A stretch of 64,000 bases of DNA from Phallusia mammillata (lineage: Eukaryota), in assembly GCA_965637545.1 (NCBI GenBank), contig OZ281495.1:24242001-24306000 (forward strand), written 5' to 3'. The first letter of the stretch is position 1, and the number at the start of each line of letters is the position of its first letter. Shown piece after piece: positions 60,329 through 64,000 of this stretch. The notes under the pieces were generated by a model. It was not told the origin of the DNA. It made no database searches and saw only the letters and a program-made list of their open reading frames with translations. Made by a program: the position numbers and the translations under genes.

Positions 60329-62221
60329 CTCTCCAAACTCACACAACTACAGCCAAACGCCACACAATACTCTACTAATTTTAACTGTTGATACGTATGA
60401 TTGCTTGCTAACAATAACAGCATCAAACAAAACAAGCAGCTGCGGAAGTGATGACCACTGCGTTAATTTGCACGGATGAATATAAAGTATTTTGTATGTT
60501 AGTACAGTACAAATTTTTGTTTCTGCTTATAGGTATCTACACCAGAAATGCTAGATCTGCCTCTATTGTTCCCTGAACGTTCGCGGCTTCTTCCCACCGA
60601 GCGAGTAAACTGGCAGCGCTAAAAGCAACTATGAAGCAACGTCGTAAATACGCCTCTTGCGCAATTTTACAGGACCTGTGCCCCCCATGCGGGACCAGAA
60701 CTCGAAATTACTATTTAACAGAGCGGTCGGGCGCACTGTCGAAATACCAGCTATAGGGGCGGTTTGTTTACTTGCAACGATCAGCGAACTGTCATTGTGT
60801 ACTGGTTAGAAGCGCAGACACCGTTACATTGGTTAAAGTGCAAATTTAATACGACCTCGTTATTGAGCGAAGGAACTGTTTTTGTTTGCGCAAGGAGCAA
60901 GTGCTTGCTGACGAACATACAAGATAAGTGGCACAAGTGCATCTGCAAGCCAATTGAGGTGTCGCAACCTTAACCTTCTCCAATCTGTTTTCGTCAGACA
61001 GCGATTCATCGTTAATTTCTCGAGTGCTGCACTTTGGACTGCTCCAGTGCCGTACACAAAGAAACGCAGGTGACGGTGGTGCGATGACGTGTCCGTTCAA
61101 CCCGAGGAGGAACCAGTGAGCGAAAACGACGCTTATTACCATGCGCGTGGGTTGAACCCTTTGTCTGATGGCTTGTTTACACACAGGGAACACACGTGAC
61201 CGCGCTGAATCACGTGTTTCCCCAGGGATTGAGCACCCGATCAACATGCGCCACAATCGCTGACTTCGCGTGCCCGTATAATCCGGTGCAATTTAGAATT
61301 TTGAGCTTATAGTCAGGGCTCTGTCCTGCTGCGAAACAAATTTTTGAACGCAGGCAAACCCTCATATTGCCCTCACTGTGCACCATAAGCCCAACGCATG
61401 CAGGAAGTGTTTGGCCGCTTAAAGGCCCAAATCAATGGAGCATTACGTCAGCACTGAGGCAATCGATTTCCATTGTCGGTGGTAATTTGGGTTGGTTTAT
61501 TTCAGACTTTGGCTTGCGGCGAAATCTATACCACTGGATCAGACCCTTTTCTGTATAGATTTACAATGCAGCTGTAATAAACGATAATCGGAAATCTCAT
61601 GAACTAAACAAAGCTAACATTTTTACGTGACGTTGACATTTTGACGTGACGTGACAACATGAAAATTTTACTGTAAGCAAAAGCCCATACGGCAACAAAT
61701 CTACAATTCCTTTCAGGTATATGATACTAAATGTAAATTACAGACTTACAGATCCTTCTGTAAGTATTTACTCTCACTATATGTTTTTGGTGTCTTGAAG
61801 GAGCTACTACCTTTAATCATTCAGGTATATCTAAATCCGTGAACTTGCATCAAGTAACGCTAAAACAAAAACCACATTCGTCGTAATAAAGGCCTGTTTT
61901 ATACATTTTCTATATAGCGAACAAACAGTACGCATATCTTTCTGACACTAAGCTCTCTAAATAACACTGGTATTGAACTTGGAGGTCATTGCGATATCGG
62001 TTCCCTTTTAACATAAACGAAGTGAAAGCATACTGAAGTTTCTTGCGCCACTGAGTTACAACAGTATCAAAACACCATTTCTCGTAAATATTGTTCTTTG
62101 TGTGGTTTGTGCAAAGGGAATGTTGTTGCACTCAATGATGTAGCTCCCACTAGTGTCAAAAATAAATGCTTGTATCTTCCACTGAAAACGCTGCAGGGAA
62201 GGACTTGCCCTCGAATAATAA

Positions 62222-62620
62222 ACAACAGGACAGAAAGTAGGCCGAATGGTTCGAGGCGCCTGACCCATATACAGACATACAAAATCCTGATGGGGATTCG
62301 TCCTCGGGATGGTCCTTGGTTCAAACCCCGTAAAAAATTATACATCTAAATTATAAACAGCGGAAAACTGGGCCCAACGGTACAAGACGCCTGATTCTAG
62401 ACATTAAAAAAGCCTGATCGGGGATTATCTCCAGGAGCGACCTGGGTTCGAACCCCGTAAAAATGTATACATATAAAATATAAACAGGAGAAAACTGGGC
62501 CCAACGATACGCCTGGTTCTAGACATTGACAAAATCCTGATCGGGGATTATCCTCAGGAGTGGCCTGGATTCGAACCCCGTGAAAAAAGATAATAAACAA
62601 CAGGGCAGAAACTTGACCGA
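62222..62620 (+). repeat. Tandem array of ~125-bp tRNA-Leu-like units (3 complete + 1 partial)
   Basis: Unit 1 GGCCGAATGGTTCGAGGCGCCTGAC resembles the tRNA-Leu D-arm region GGCCGAGTGGTCTAAGGCGCCAGAC. B-box-like GG(T/A)TC(G/A)AACCC occurs at 62318, 62445 and 62567. Confidence 0.65.
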
Positions 62621-64000
62621 ACCGTCTGAAGTGCGTGACACATTACGAGACTTAAAAAATATATTTTTACAATTTTGCTCACACTTTGATCACAAGCAGC
62701 AAACACTCGAACCATAGTCTTTCTAAAAGCAAGTTTGAATTTAAACACGAATGTTTTTTGTGCTTACACAACCAAGTACTCAAAAGTTCATTGTGTTTTA
62801 AAAATAATAATAAGATCGTTGGAATACACAAGTTGGGAAATGTTTATTTCCAGGTTAAAATCAGTTGATAATATTTTAAAGAACAAATACAGTATATTTC
62901 GCTAAAGAAGCATCTCCGGAATCTATAAAGGGCAATAAAAGTGGATTAAATTAGATCGTTGGATTACTGCATTATGTGACGATCTGATTTGGAATTTTGA
63001 TGAATAATAACGACTTTCGCTATGTTAGGCGTATTATACGAACTAAATGATGCTATTCTGGCAGATATGTTGTTTGTACGAACGTTCAAACGTCCTTTTT
63101 TGATGATTAAGTTTGCAACGTGGTACAATGTATGACAACTCATAAACGTTTTATGATTGAACATGGAATTTTTAAAGGATTAAAAAATTCGTCGAACCGC
63201 AAACAATTACTGGATATGGAAATCGCACGGGCTAATCGCAATGTCATGTTATCCATCTTTCCTGTGACACAGAATGCGCGATACAGTGACGTCACGGGCC
63301 ACCCCTCGGGCGCAAGGCCCGTTTGGGATTCGCTGTGACGAGGCTGTAATTTATTCTCGGCAGCATTTTCGTTCGCATGCCGCGTCCGAGGGTTGGTTCT
63401 GTGACTCAGAAAATGAGATGTCAATAATGTGACAGAGCACGTAGGGCAAGTTGATTGGTTTGTGTTGTACATAAAACGCTTGGTTGAATTTGGTTTTGAA
63501 TTATGTCTGCTTTTAACTTTATACCCACTGTTTACATATGTTTTTGATTGACCATACCAACGATATAGAGAATTGTTGAAAATTTCTGTTTGTTTTAAGT
63601 TTAAATTCGCAAAGCATAATGTTTTGCCGTTTCGCGATAACACACATATGACCGTTTGGAGAATGTAATTTCACAATGAATTTGAATCATTTTGTTTGGG
63701 TCGGCCTTTACGCTGGGTTTTCGAATTCTGCTGATATAAAAATACGGTTATCGCAGGCAATGCTCCTGTTACGGGATTTGGTTTCAGTCTAGACTATATC
63801 TCTACTTATTCGCAAGTTATAATAGTGTAAGCTTGCATTGAAAATTTGCGTGTTGGATAGATAATACGATTTTGTAACCTTTCTACAAAAATACAAAGTG
63901 TTTTGAAGATCATGCCATATAAATCAAATGTCAAAGTGAACTATCATTAACATTTCCTAACAACTCACGAGCCCATAAGCGGGAAAATCCTTCAAATTAT

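Noticed and set aside
63140-63643. 167-aa ORF on the - strand
   Set aside because: Starts at a non-ATG codon, has no recognisable domain and lies over promoter-like CpG-rich DNA with a CRE (63287-63294).

Overview
Eukaryotic (not prokaryotic) genomic DNA, most likely from an invertebrate chordate such as an ascidian. That assignment is inferred from gene content, short GT-AG introns and operon-like gene packing. Gene models were built by hand from splice sites and reading-frame continuity. From left to right: (1) a tight + strand trio of SMARCE1/BAF57 (intronless in the window, probably 5'-partial), an intronless FBXO22-like F-box/FIST gene and an 11-exon orphan gene; (2) a 30-exon PDZ-containing neuronal-type nitric oxide synthase (10289-35451); (3) a 4-exon secreted prepropeptide gene that no single ORF reveals (45358-47243), with a Cys ring resembling natriuretic peptides/osteocrin; (4) a BK-channel beta-subunit (KCNMB)-like gene on the - strand (about 50275-53127); (5) a 13-exon SLC43/LAT3-4 amino-acid transporter on the - strand (54242-60328). 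Repeats include seven hAT-type MITEs with 8-bp target-site duplications (one nested inside its own family), a probable solo LTR, a tRNA-derived SINE head and a tRNA-Leu-like tandem repeat. A 171-bp inverted repeat carries minimal hammerhead ribozymes typical of Penelope-like retroelements. Top candidates for novelty are the natriuretic-peptide-like precursor, its co-location with NOS and KCNMB (possible cGMP-signalling neighbourhood), and the intronic hammerhead pair whose host-sense copy has a mutated catalytic core.
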